Shown here: positions 49,970 to 61,889 of the stretch, one piece after another
Numbering within the stretch: the stretch's first letter is position 1
Layout: each line of letters opens with the position of its first letter
Assembly: GCA_977017645.1 (NCBI GenBank)
Contig: OZ360245.1
Coordinates: forward strand, 3,844,001-3,908,000
Origin: Torpedo marmorata
Lineage: Eukaryota
Direction of reading: 5' to 3'
Length of the DNA stretch: 64,000 nt
The notes under the pieces: model-generated
Told to the model about the DNA's origin: nothing
Database searches by the model: none
The model's input: only the letters and a program-made list of their open reading frames with translations
Program-made: the position numbers and the translations under genes

Positions 49970-50770
49970 ATGGAGCCCTCAGTAATGGTGCTGGAAAAAA
50001 GGAAGGCGAAGGGGGAGTTGGTGAAAACGTCCCCAGATACAGCGCAGGTCATTGGGGACCTGACCAGAAGATTTGACAGGATGAAAACCTGGATTAAAGA
50101 GGTGCTGGACGTGGTAAAAGAATTCAAGGATTCGATGGGGGTTTTAACCTCCCGTGTGGAAAAGATGGAGGAAATATCAGAGAATATGCAAGAAAGACTG
50201 GGGAGCCTGGAAAAAGACAATAACGTCTGGAGAAAAGAAAAACAAGAGATAATGGACAAAATAGATCACATGGAAAATTTTAGCAGAAGAAACAATGTGA
50301 GAATTATTGGACTAAAAGAAGGGGCAGAGGGAAGAGACATGGTGGAATTTTTTCAAAAATGGATCCCACAGGTTCTGGGACAGAATCGATTTCAAAAACC
50401 CCTGATGGTGGAGAGAGCCCACCGGACCCTCGGCCCCCGGAGGACACCAGGCCAGAGACCGCGACCGGTTTTGGTGCGACTGCTGAGCTGCTGGGATCGA
50501 GCGGAGATCCTCCATGCAGCAGCAGCACGTGCCAAGGAAACGGGCGGGCCCCTGGAGATCGGTAAAGATAAGATTTTCTTCTTCCAAGATCTAGTACGAC
50601 GTCGGAAGGAATTTGACGGCGTGAAGAAACAGCTGCGGGTAAGGAACATACCTTACGCGATGCTCTACCCCGCGACGTTGAGACTGGAGCCGTCGGAGGG
50701 AGGGAGAAGATTCTTCACCACACCCAGAGAGGCGGAGAACTTCGTCCGAAGTCTACAAGAAAGGCCTTAG
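49970..50770 (+). mobile_element. L1 ORF1p-like ORF (coiled coil + RRM + CTD) within an L1 5' fragment (~49755-50900)
   Basis: ENFSRRNNVRIIGLKEG.EG, VERAHR, PRPVLVR, FFQDL, YAMLYPA.L motifs. Confidence 0.9.
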
Positions 50771-52326
50771 GTGTGGAATGGGCGAAGAGAAAGAAGAAGA
50801 TACAAAGACTGAAAGGATCGCGGAGGATATAATGAGATGTTGGGTAAAAGAGATGGGGAGGTCCATATGGTGTAAAAGAAGGGGGAGGTTGGGTCATTGA
50901 ATAGCGGGGGTGTATTTGCCGCCCAAATTACACCCTATTAAACTACACCCCCGGTACGTTTTGAAGGGTGGGAGGAAACCGGAGCCCCTGGAGAAAACCC
51001 ACGCAGACACGGGGAGAATGTACAAACTCCTTACAGACAGCGCGGGATTCGAACCCAGGTCCGATCCCGATCGCTGGCGCTGTAAAGGCATTGCACGAAC
51101 CGCTACGGTGGGTTCAAAGAATAGTGGCTCTGGACACAGGCTGAATGTGGAAACAATCTTTATTGAAACACATGTAAGGGGATCGCAACAGGGATAACAC
51201 ACACAAGTATTGTCAATCATACAACACAGTGCAACCAGTCACATCGGACTTAACACTACCGATACCAGTAACTGCTGACACTCTCACAAGCACGGTACAA
51301 CCCAGTCACATCGGACTTAACGCTACCGATATTAGCAACTGTTTATACAGAATTATAACAACCAAGGACTACAATACGCTCCCTGCCGTTCCTTGTCTAA
51401 TGTGGGCACGGCTCAGATGCTATCTACAACTACAACAATGAACAACAGCCCTGATCCCTATGTAGTGCACACCTTACCAACGACTCCTCCAGCGTTGTCC
51501 ACAGCAGGGTTCGTCTCAGGGCCGAAGGGCAAAAGAGGAAGAGCTACGGCACGTGGTGGGCTTTATAGTACAGTCAGCTGGAGGGTCCGGCCCAGGTAAT
51601 CACTAGGTGATTAAAGGGGCCAATGGTCAGGTGTGCACTAATGGGTGGGCAGAGTCCAACCTTGATTGGCAGGTGATGCAACTTCTGACTGGGTTCCAGA
51701 CGGAGAGGTCACGTGACCCTCCACAATCCACACTACAAGGGTTCATGGGAACAATGCAAGAAAAAGGTGTTGAGGCCAAAATTGGAGCAGCCCTGATCTC
51801 TTTGAATGGCCTCCTCTTCCTCCAATTCTCAATTGTGTTCCAGTCAGCAGCAGGAGGGAGGGCAAGTGACTGGAGGGTTGGGGATTGAAGGTGATCGGAG
51901 AAAGAGTCCGGGGGCAAAGGACTGTGCTTGGATCAGGGTTGCTGTGATCAGGGAGAGTTGGAGACGGTGCTTCCAAATAGCTGCTGGGTGAGGGTCGACG
52001 ACATAGTGGGTGGGGGGGGGAGCATTCGTGGGCCATGCCCCCCCAAATGAGTTATTGTGCCACGCCCCCCCCTGCTGAGCCCTATTCCAGACATACAAGG
52101 AACCTGTTTCTTCCACGACCGGTACACCATCCTCCTTCCTCATCCTACCGTTCGCTCTCAATTATACAACGCCAAACACAACATTGGCCACCCCTGCCAT
52201 AGGCGCTATTTTGCGTAGATACGCCGCTGCCCCCCCCCTGCGGTTACCCTAATGCCCCTCTGTCAGATTTGTTCTGACGCCGACTCTGGCTGGGTCTGAG
52301 TCATTGTCCCCTTGTGTCCCTCGCAG

Positions 52327-52479
52327 ACCCAGAGACGGGGAAGACTGCGTTGCTGAAGGCCCTGCTGAACCTGAGGAGCCGCCGGAATGACACCATCTCA
52401 GTGCTGCTGGAGATTGCGGAGAAAACCGACAACTTGGAGCAGTTCGTCAATGCAGCCTACATGGACAGTTACTATAAGG
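52327..52479 (+). CDS. TRPV1: TRPV1-like coding exon 3
   Basis: 153 bp, [16 protein letters not shown]...[12 protein letters not shown]. Confidence 0.95.
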
Positions 52480-52569
52480 GTACGCATGTGCAGGGACAAG
52501 GGGGACGCCGGCTCTTCCTGGGAATCCGGGAGGAACTGTGCCAAGAGGAAAATAATGTGGGATGGTGGA

Positions 52570-55500
52570 GGGTGGGGCGGGGTGTAGGGTGGGGTGTAGT
52601 GTGGGGCGGGAGGTGTAGGGTGGGGCGGGAGGTGTAGGGTGGGGCGGGAGGTGTAGTGTGGGGCGGGAGGTGTAGTGTGGGGCGGGAGGTGTAGGGTGGG
52701 GCGGGAGGTGTAGGGTGGGGCGGGAGGTGTAGGGTGGGGCGGGAGGTGTAGGGTGGGGCAGGAGGTGTAGGGTGGGGTGGGAAGGTGTAGGGTGGGGTGG
52801 GAAGGTGTAGGGTGGGAGGGGAAGGTGTAGGGTGGGGCGGGAGGTGTAGAGTGGGGCGGGAGGTGTAGGGTGGGGCGGGAGGTGTAGGGTGGGGCGGGAG
52901 GAGTAGGGTGGGATGGGGTGTAGGGTGGGGCGGGAGGTGTAGAGTGGGGCGGGAGGTGTAGTGTGGGGCGGGAGGTGTAGGGTGGGATGGGGTGTAGGGT
53001 GGGGTGGGAGGAGTAGGGTGGGGCGGGAGGTGTAGGGTGGGGCGGGGCGTAGGGTGGGGCGGGAGGTGTAGTGTGGGGCGGGGTGTAGGGTGGGGCGGGA
53101 GGTGTAGTGTGGGGTGGGAGGTGTAGTGTGGGGCGGGAAGGTGTAGGGTGGGGTGGGAAGGTGTGGGGTGAGGTGTCAGGTGGGGTGGGAAGGTGTGGGG
53201 TGGGGTGTAGGGTTGGGTGGGAAGGTGTAGGGTGGGGTAGGAAGGTGTAGAGTGGGGTGGGGTGTAGGGTGGGACGGGAAGGTGTAGGGTGGGGTGTAGG
53301 GTGGGGTGGGAAGGTGTAGGGTGGGAGGGGAAGGTGTAGGGTGGGAGGGGAAGGTGTAGGGTGGGGTGGGAAGGTGTAGGGTGGGACGGGAAGGTGTAGG
53401 GTGGGGTGGGGTGTAGGGTGGGACGGGAAGGTGTAGGGTGGGGTGGGGTGTAGGGTGGGACGGGAAGGTGTAGGGTGGGGTGTAGGGTGGGGTGGGAAGG
53501 TGTAGGGTGGGGTGTAGGGTGGGGTGGGAAGGTGTAGGGTGGGGTGGGAAGGCGTAGGGTGGGGTAGGAAGGTGTAGGGTGGGGTAGGAAGATGTAGGGT
53601 GGGGTGTAGGGTGGGGTGGGAAGGTGTAGGGTGGGGTGGGAAGGTGTAGGGTGGGGTGGGAAGGTGTAGGGTGGGGTGTAGGGTGGGGTGGGAAGGTGTA
53701 GGGTGGGGTGGGAAGGTGTAGGGTGGGAGGGGAAGGTGTAGGGTGGGAGGGGAAGGTGTAGGGTGGGAGGGGAAGGTGTAGGGTGGGAGGGGAAGGTGTA
53801 GGGTGGGACGGGAAGGTGTAGGGTGGGAGGGGAAGGTGTAGGGTGGGAGGGGAAGGTGTAGGGTGGGGTGTAGGGTGGGGTGGGAAGGTGTAGGGTGGGA
53901 GGGGAAGGTGTAGGGTGGGAGGGGAAGGTGTAGGGTGGGGTGGGAAGGTGTAGGGTGGGAGGGGAAGGTGTAGGGTGGGAGGGGAAGGTGTAGGGTGGGA
54001 GGGGAAGGTGTAGGGTGGGGTGTAGGGTGGGAGGGGAAGGTGTAGGGTGGGGTGGGAAGGTGTAGGGTGGGAGGGGAAGGTGTAGGGTGGGAGGGGAAGG
54101 TGTAGGGTGGGAGGGGAAGGTGTAGGGTGGGACGGGAAGGTGTAGGGTGGGAGGAGAAGGTGTAGGGTGGGAGGGGAAGGTGTAGGGTGGGACGGGAAGG
54201 TGTAGGGTGGGAGGCGAAGGTGTAGGGTGGGACGGGAAGGTGTAGGGTGGGAGGGGAAGGTGTAGGGTGGGACGGGAAGGTGTAGGGTGGGAGGCGAAGG
54301 TGTAGGGTGGGACGGGAAGGTGTAGGGTGGGAGGGGAAGGTGTAGGGTGGGGTGTAGGGTGGGAGGGGAAGGTGTAGGGTGGGAGGGGAAGGTGTAGGGT
54401 GGGGTGGGAAGTTGTAGGGTGGGAGGGGAAGGTGTAGGGTGGGGTGTAGGGTGGGACGGGAAGGTGTAGGGTGGGGTGGGAAGGTGTAGGGTGGGGTGGG
54501 AAGGTGTAGGGTGGGAGGGGAAGGTGTAGGGTGGGAGGGGAAGGTGTAGGGTGGGGTGGGAAGGTGTAGGGTGGGAGGGGAAGGTGTAGGGTGGGAGGGG
54601 AAGGTGTAGGGTGGGGTGTAGGGTGGGAGGGGAAGGTGTAGGGTGAGAGGGGAAAGTGTAGGGTGGGAGGGGAAGGTGTAGGGTGGGAGGGGAAGGTGTA
54701 GGGTGGGAGGGGAAGGTGTAGGGTGGGGTGGGGTGTAGGGTGGGGTGGGAAGTTGTAGGGTGGGAGGGGAAGGTGTAGGGTGGGAGGGGAAGGTGTAGGG
54801 TGGGAGGGGAAGGTGTAGGGTGGGGTGGGAAGTTGTAGGGTGGGAGGGGAAGGTGTAGGGTGGGAGGGGAAGGTGTAGGGTGGGAGGGGAAGGTGTAGGG
54901 TGGGAGGGGAAGGTGTAGGGTGGGAGGGGAAGGTGTAGGGTGGGAGGGGAAGGTGTAGGGTAGGGTGTAGGGTGGGAGGGGAAGGTGTAGGGTGGGAGGG
55001 GAAGGTGTAGGGTGGGAGGGGAAGGTGTAGGGTGGGAGGGGAAGGTGTAGGGTGGGGTGGGAATGTGTAGGGTGGGAGGGGAAGGTGTAGGGTAGGGTGT
55101 AGGGTGGGAGGGGAAGGTGTAGGGTGGGAGGGGAAGGTGTAGGGTGGGAGGGGAAGGTGTAGGGTGGGAGGGGAAGGTGTAGGGTAGGGTGTAGGGTGGG
55201 AGGGGAAGGTGTAGGGTGGGAGGGGAAGGTGTAGGGTGGGAGGGGAAGGTGTAGGGTGGGGTGTAGGGTGGGAGGGGAAGGTGTAGGGTGGGAGGGGAAG
55301 GTGTAGGGTGGTAGGGGAAGGTGTAGGGTGGGGTGGGAATGTGTAGGATGGGACGGGAAGGTGTAGGGTGGGAGGGGAAGGTGTAGGGTGGGAGGGGAAG
55401 GTGTAGGGTGGGAGGGGAAGGTGTAGGGTGGGGTGGGAAGGTGTAGGGTGGGGTGGGAAGGTGTAGGGTGGGATGGGAAGGTGTAGGGTGGGAGGGGAAG

Positions 55501-55910
55501 GTGTAGGGTGGGAGGGGAAGGTGTAGGGTGGGAGGGGAAGGTGTAGGGTTGGGGTGTAGGGTGGGAGGTAGGGTGGGAGGGGAAGGTGTAGGGTGGGAGG
55601 GGGTGGGAGGGGAAGGTGTAGGGTGGGGTGGGAATGTGTAGGGTGGGACGGGAAGGTGTAGGGTGGGAGGGGAAGGTGTAGGGTGGGGTGGGAAGGTGTA
55701 GGGTGGGGTGGGAAGGTGTAGGGTGGGACGGGAAGGTGTAGGGTGGGTTGTAGGGTGGGACGGGAAGGTGTAGGGTGGGGTGTAGGGTGGGGTGGGAAGG
55801 CGTAGGGTGGGGTGGGAAGGTGTAGGGTGGGAGGGGAAGGTGTAGGGTGGGGTGGGAAGGTGTAGGGTGGGAGGGGAAGGTGTAGGGTGGGAGGGGAAGG
55901 CGTAGGGTGG
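52570..55910. repeat. ~3.3-kb G-rich 19/20-bp minisatellite (GGGTGGGAGGGGAAGGTGTA and variants)
   Basis: Well over 100 tandem units. Confidence 0.98.
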
Positions 55911-56069
55911 GGCAGGATGGTGTGGGCTGGTATGGTGTAAGGTGTAACAGAGTAGGATGGGAGGGTGTCAGGGGAGGGTGTAGGTTGGGATGGGGCGGTG
56001 TCGGGTGTGACAGTGTAAGGGGAGGGTGGGAAGTAGGTCCAGTGGGATTTGGGGAGTTGGGATAAGTGC

Positions 56070-56900
56070 GGTGAGGTGGGACGTGCTGTGAGGTGGGACG
56101 TGGGGTGAGGTGGGACGTGGGGTGAGGTGGGACATGGGGTGAGGTGGGACGTGCTGTGAGGTGGGACGTGGGGTGAGGTGGGACGTGGGGTGAGGTGGGA
56201 CGTGCTGTGAGGTGGGACGTGGGGTGAGGTGGGACGAGCGGTGAGGTGGGACGAGCGGTGAGGTGGGACGGGCGGTGAGGTGGGACGTGGGGTGAGGTGG
56301 GACGTGGGGTGAGGTGGGACGTGGGGTGAGGTGGGACGTGGGGTGAGGTGGGACGTGGGGTGAGGTGGGACGTGGGGTGAGGTGGGACGTGCTGTGAGAT
56401 GGGACGTGGGGTGAGGTGGGACGTGGGGTGAGGTGGGACGAGTGGTGAGGTGGGACGAGCGGTGAGGTGGGAGGCGCGGTGTGGTGGGAGGAGTGGTGAG
56501 GTGGGACGGGCGGTGAGGTGGGAGGCGCGGTGTGGTGGGACGAGCGGTGAGGTGGGACGTGGGGTGAGGTGGGACGTGGGGTGAGGTGGGTCGTGGGGTG
56601 AGGTGGGACGGGCGGTGAGGTGGGACGGGCGGTGAGGTGGGACGGGGGGTGAGGTGGGATGTGGGGTGAGGTGGGACGTCGGGTGAGGTGGGACGGGCGG
56701 TGAGGTGGGACGTGGGGTGAGGTGGGACGTGGGGTGAGGTGGGACGGGCGGTGAGGTGGGAGGCGTGGTGTGGTGGGACGAGCGGTGAGGTGGGACGTGG
56801 GGTGAGGTGGGAGGAGTGGTGAGGTGGGACATGGGGTGAGGTGGGACGGGCGGTGAGGTGGGAGGAGTGGTGAGGTGGGACGGGCGGTGAGGTGGGAGTG
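56070..56900. repeat. 17-bp G-rich minisatellite (GGTGAGGTGGGACGTGG)
   Basis: Tandem repetition visible. Confidence 0.97.
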
Positions 56901-57020
56901 GATGGGCTGGGGTGTGACAGGGTTGGGGGAGTGGGGATATCGTGTTCCTGACTGACCAGTCTCCTTCCACCACTCCTCTGGTTACGTGTGACTGAGGACT
57001 GCGTCCTCCGCCCTCCCCAG

Positions 57021-57161
57021 GTCAAACCGCCCTCCACATCGCCATCGAGCGCCGGTGTCTGCACGTTGTGGAACTCCTGATCCGCAATGGGGCTGACGTC
57101 CACGCCAAGGCCGATGGCCTCTTCTTCAAGGCCAAGGACGGACAGACCGGGTTCTACTTCG
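57021..57161 (+). CDS. TRPV1: TRPV1-like coding exon 4
   Basis: 141 bp, [13 protein letters not shown]...[14 protein letters not shown]...GFYFG. Confidence 0.95.
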
Positions 57162-57774
57162 GTCGGTGGAGCATCCTGGGGAGGGAGAGAGGAGGGGAGA
57201 GGGGTGTGGGGTGGTGGAGGGGGATGGTTGGGGTGTGGAGGGGGAGGGGTGTGAGGTATTGGAGGGGTAGAGTGGGGAGGGGGGAGGGGTGTGGGGTATT
57301 GGAGGGGAGAGGTAAAGTGGGGAGGTGGGAGGGGTGTGGGGTGTTGGAGAGGAGGGGTGGTGTGGGGCGTGGGGAGGGGTGTGGGGTGGTGGGAGGGTTG
57401 AGGGGGGTGAGGGAGGGGTGGAGTGGGGAGTGGGGAGGGGTGTGGGGTGGCAGAGGGGGAGGGTGGAGGATGGGGAGGGTGGGGAAGAGAGGGTTGGAGG
57501 TGGAGGGGGTGAGGGGATGGGGAAAAGGGAGGTGGTGTGGGGAGAATGGTGGGGGAGGGGGAAGGGTTGGGGAGGGATGGGGGAAGGGTGAAAGTTGGGA
57601 AAGGGTTGGTGTGGTGGAAGGGAGATGGGGAAAGGGAAGGGGCAATGCCGGAGGGGCAATGGAGGGGGAGTGAAAGGATGGGGTGTGGGAGGGGGAGGGG
57701 AAGGGTGGGAGCAAGAGAAGGAAGGGGAGGGAAGAGTGGAGAAAAGTATGGGAGCGTAGACACACACTCACACG

Positions 57775-58850
57775 CACATAAGAAATAGGAGCAGGAGTCG
57801 GCCATCCGGCCCGTTGAGCCTGCTCCGTCATTCAATGTGATCATGGCTGATCTGACGATCGGCTCATCTCCACCTACCTGCCTTTTCCCCATATCCCTTA
57901 ATTCCCCTACTATGTAAAAATCTATCCAACCTCGTCTTAAATATATTTACTGAGGTCGCCTCCACTGCTTCAATGGGCAGCGAATTCCACAGATTCACCA
58001 CCCTCTGGGGAAAGCAGTTCCTCCTCATCTCTGTCCTAAATCTACTACCCTGAATCTTGAGGCTATGTCCCCTAGTTCTAGTCTACCCCACCAATGGGAA
58101 CAACTTACCTACCTCTATCTTATCTATGTCTTTCATAATTTTATATGTTTCCATAAGATCCCCTAAATTCCAGCGAGTACAGTCCCAGACAACGCAATCT
58201 CTCCTCATAGGCCAACCCCTTCATCTCTGGAATCAACCTGATGAACCTCCTCTGCACCGCCTCCAAAGGAGACCAGAACGTCACGCAGTACTCCAGATGT
58301 GGCCTCAACAGTACCTTGTACAGTTGCAGCATAACCTCCCTGCTCTTACATTCAATCAATTCCCCCTTTCATCTTCCATGGGACCAACCTTCACTTTAGC
58401 CACCCTTTTGCGCTTTATATAATTATAAAAAGGTTTACTGTCCGTTTTCATATTTTGTGCTAATCGTTTCCCATCGTCGACCTTCCCTCTTTATTGCCCG
58501 CAGCATGTTTCTTTGTTGCTTATTAAAGGTTTCCCAATCTTCTAGTTTCCCACTGCTGCTCGCGACTTTGTACGCATGAGCTTTTAGTTTTCGTTTGATG
58601 CCTTCCTTTATCTCCTTAGTTATCCAAGGCTGGCTGCCCCCACCCTTACTGTCCTTGCTTTTAACTGGAATATACTTTTGTTGAGTACCGTGAAAAATCT
58701 CTTTGAAAGTCCTCCACTGTTCCTCAACCGTCCCTCCACATAGTCTGCGTTCCCAGACTACCCTGGCAACTCATCCCTCATCCCCTTGTAGTTTCCCTTG
58801 TTTGGGCATAACACACTGGTTTTAGACCAATCTGTCGTACCCTCCATCGA
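57775..58850 (-). mobile_element. CR1 LINE fragments
   Basis: LYKVLLRPHLEYC, EAVQRRF..LIP; homologous to 4480-5025. Confidence 0.8.
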
Positions 58851-59770
58851 TGCAATGGACAAGAAAGTTCCCCAGCAGAAACCTGAGGAAATTCGGCATG
58901 TCCCCCACATCCCTCAAAAACTTCTACAGGTGCCGCCGTGAAAGTATCGTGCCAGGGTGCGTCACTGCATGCAACGGGAACTGCACGCAACACCCCAGAA
59001 GGTTGAGAACACAACTCAGACCATCACTCACACCCCCCTCCCCTCCATCGACTAAAACCATAACTCCCGCTGCTTCAGTAAAGCAGCCAACATATTTAAA
59101 ACACCCATCTCACCCCAGCCACACTCTCTTCATCTCCCTCCCGTCAGGAAGACAATTGAAGGACAGTTTCTCTGCTGCTGTTATCAGGGTCCTGAATGAA
59201 CACCACACTCATAATATAACGTCACCTTTGCTCTGTTCTAACTGATCTCACTGTAACTTTAAATTTTAAATTTAGACATACAACAGGCTCTTTCGGCCCA
59301 CGAGCACGTGCCGCCCAATTACACCCAATTAACCTACAACCCCCGGAATGTTTTTAAGGGTGGGAGGAAACCGGAGCCCCCCGGGGAAAACCCACGCAGA
59401 CACGGGGAGGATGTACAAACTCCTGACAGACAGCGCAGGATTCGAACCCCGGTCCCGATCGCTGGCGCTGTAATAGCGTTGCGCTAACCGCTACATGAAC
59501 CGTGCCGCCCAAATACGTCCTGTGTATATGTTTCTCACCATACCTTGGTTTATGTGACAATAAACATGAAGTTAATTGAGACGTATTTAGACCTGGACAG
59601 GCAGGAGTGGAGGGAGGCAGTGCGCAAGCAGGCAGGTGGGATCAGTTAGGAGGGCACCATGGTCAGCAGGGGTATGAGGGGCTGAAAGGCCTGTGCTGGA
59701 TGTTCGATGTTCTCTGCTCCGAGCTGCTGTCTAAGTGCAGGGGAAACCTGACTGGCTGTGTTCCTGCCAG

Positions 59771-60069
59771 GGGAGCTGCCTCTGTCGCTGGCTGCCTGCA
59801 CCAACCAGCAGGAGGTGGTGAACCATCTCCTCCAGAACCCGTACCATCAGGCAGATATCGATGCCGTGGACTCCAGGGGCAACAACGTGCTGCACACACT
59901 GGTGACCATCTCCGACAACAGCCAGGAGAACACCCGCTTCGTCACCCAGATGTACGGCCACCTCCTCAGGCTGGGAGTCAAGCTCAAACCTCAGGTCAAC
60001 CTGGAAAGTGTGAAGAATAAGAAGGGGCTCACGCCCCTCAAACTGGCCGCCAAAATGGGGAAGATCGAG
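59771..60069 (+). CDS. TRPV1: TRPV1-like coding exon 5
   Basis: 299 bp, [13 protein letters not shown]...[12 protein letters not shown]...[18 protein letters not shown]. Confidence 0.95.
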
Positions 60070-60239
60070 GTGAGTGCCAGGCGCGGGCAGAGGGCACGGG
60101 GATCGATCCCACTGCCTCTGGGTTCACACAGGCCCAGTGTCCTCGATAACCCCATCTCCATGGGGTTATCTCCACAACGTTTCCACAAGGAGCTGGGAGT
60201 GAATGGGATACAGGTCATCCACGGAGGGGAAGGATGATA

Positions 60240-60860
60240 GAGAGGGAGAGAGCGGACAGAGGCTCTCACAGAGGGAGGGAGTGATGGGGGAGGGGATCAC
60301 ACAGGGAGGGAGTGGGGGGGGGGAATGAGGGGAGGGAGTGACGGGGGAATGACGGGGGAGTTAGGGGAGGGAGTGACGGAGGAGTGAGGGGAGGGAGTGA
60401 GGGGGGAGTGACGGGAGAGAGTGAGGGGAGGGAGTGAGGGGCAAGGGTATCACACAGGGAGGGAGTGAGGGGGGAGTGATGAGGGGAGGGAGTGACGGGG
60501 AGTGAGTGAGGGGAGGGAGTGACGGGGAGTGAGGGGAGAGGGTATCACACAGGGAGGGAGTGAGGGGAGGGAGTAACGGGGGAGTGAGGGGAGGGAGTGA
60601 GGGGAGGGAGTAACGGGGGAGTGACAGGAGGGAGTGACAGGAGGGAATGAGGGGAGGGAGTGAGGGGGAGTGGGGAGCGAGAGGGAGGGGGAGAGGGGAT
60701 CACACAGGGAGGGAGGGAGTGAGGGGGGAGTGAGGGGAGCGAGTGAGGGGATCACACAGGAAGGGAGTGAGGGGGGAGTGACGGGGAGAGAGAGGAGGGA
60801 GTGAGGGGAAGTGAGGGGAGAGGTGATCACACAGGGAGTGAGGGACGGGGGACAGAGAGA
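60240..60860. repeat. Purine-rich degenerate repeat (GGGAGTGA-based)
   Basis: Low-complexity G/A tandem units. Confidence 0.9.
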
Positions 60861-61611
60861 GTGAGTCTATGAAAGGAGACCGAGTGATTTTGGACTCTGC
60901 TCGTTGTGTTGAGATGTGGTCTCTCCGTGACTGTCAGTGTCACGACAGTTTATGAGGCAGAGTTTGACGTGGTCACCACAGGGAGTCCAGTGGAGCTCAC
61001 CCCCTTCCCCTTCACGTCCCACCGCCTTCCCCTGCACCCACCCTCCGACCACCATCCCCCTCCACCCCTCCCTCCTCCATCCACCTCCGCCCCCCCATCA
61101 CTCCACTGCCTCTCCCTCCACCATCTCCCTCCGCCTCTCCCTCCTCCCTCCCTCCCTCACCGCCCCTCCCACGGCACGGAGCTCCCTCACCGGAGCTCCC
61201 TCACCGCAGCTCCCACGGCGCGGAGATCCCTCACCGCCCCTCCCACGGCACGGAGCTCCCTCACCGCCCCTCCCACGGCGCGGAGCTCCCTCCCGGCCCC
61301 TCCCACGGCACGGAGCTCCCTCCCCGCCCCTCCCACGGCGCAGAGCTCCCTCCCCGCCCCTCCCACGGCGCAGAGCTCCCTCCCCGCCCCTCCCACGGCG
61401 CAGAGCTCCCTCCCCGCCCCTCCCACGGCGCAGAGCTCCCTCACCGCCCCTCCCACAGGGAGGGGCTCCCTCACCAGAGTGTGGATTGTGTCCACTGCTC
61501 TCTGAAGGGGTTTTGACAGCTCCCCTACCACGATGAACGACCCGTCGACACCTTAGGATCTGGCAGAACCTCCTCCCTCAGTGTGAATTCCGTTTGATGA
61601 TGTCTCCTCAG

Positions 61612-61788
61612 ATGCTGAAGTACATCATTGGGAGAGAGATCGAAGAAGAGGATTGTCGACACTTGTCCCGCAAGTTTCGTGAATGGGCCTATGGGCCGGT
61701 GCACTCCTCGCTGTACGACCTGTCATCACTAGACACCCAGGACAAAAACTCCGTGCTGGAGATCATCGTCTATGGCAGTGAGACACCG
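61612..61788 (+). CDS. TRPV1: TRPV1-like coding exon 6 (membrane-proximal linker); gene continues beyond window
   Basis: 177 bp, [30 protein letters not shown]...[15 protein letters not shown]; TRPV1 identity from sequence plus position directly downstream of SHPK (paralogue within TRPV1/2/3 group not excluded). Confidence 0.9.
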
Positions 61789-61889
61789 GTAGCTGCCGCG
61801 TCACTGGCCTGCGCTCTGAGATGGGCATGACAGTGCCTTCCACCGTCTTCCCACCCGGGTAGAGGGGCAGGGACTCATTGGGGTGGGGG

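Noticed and set aside
52472-57892. 1806-aa and 1265-aa Pro/His/Thr-rich minus-strand ORFs
   Set aside because: Translations of C-rich minisatellite strand lacking stop codons; antisense to TRPV exon and intron; open in several frames
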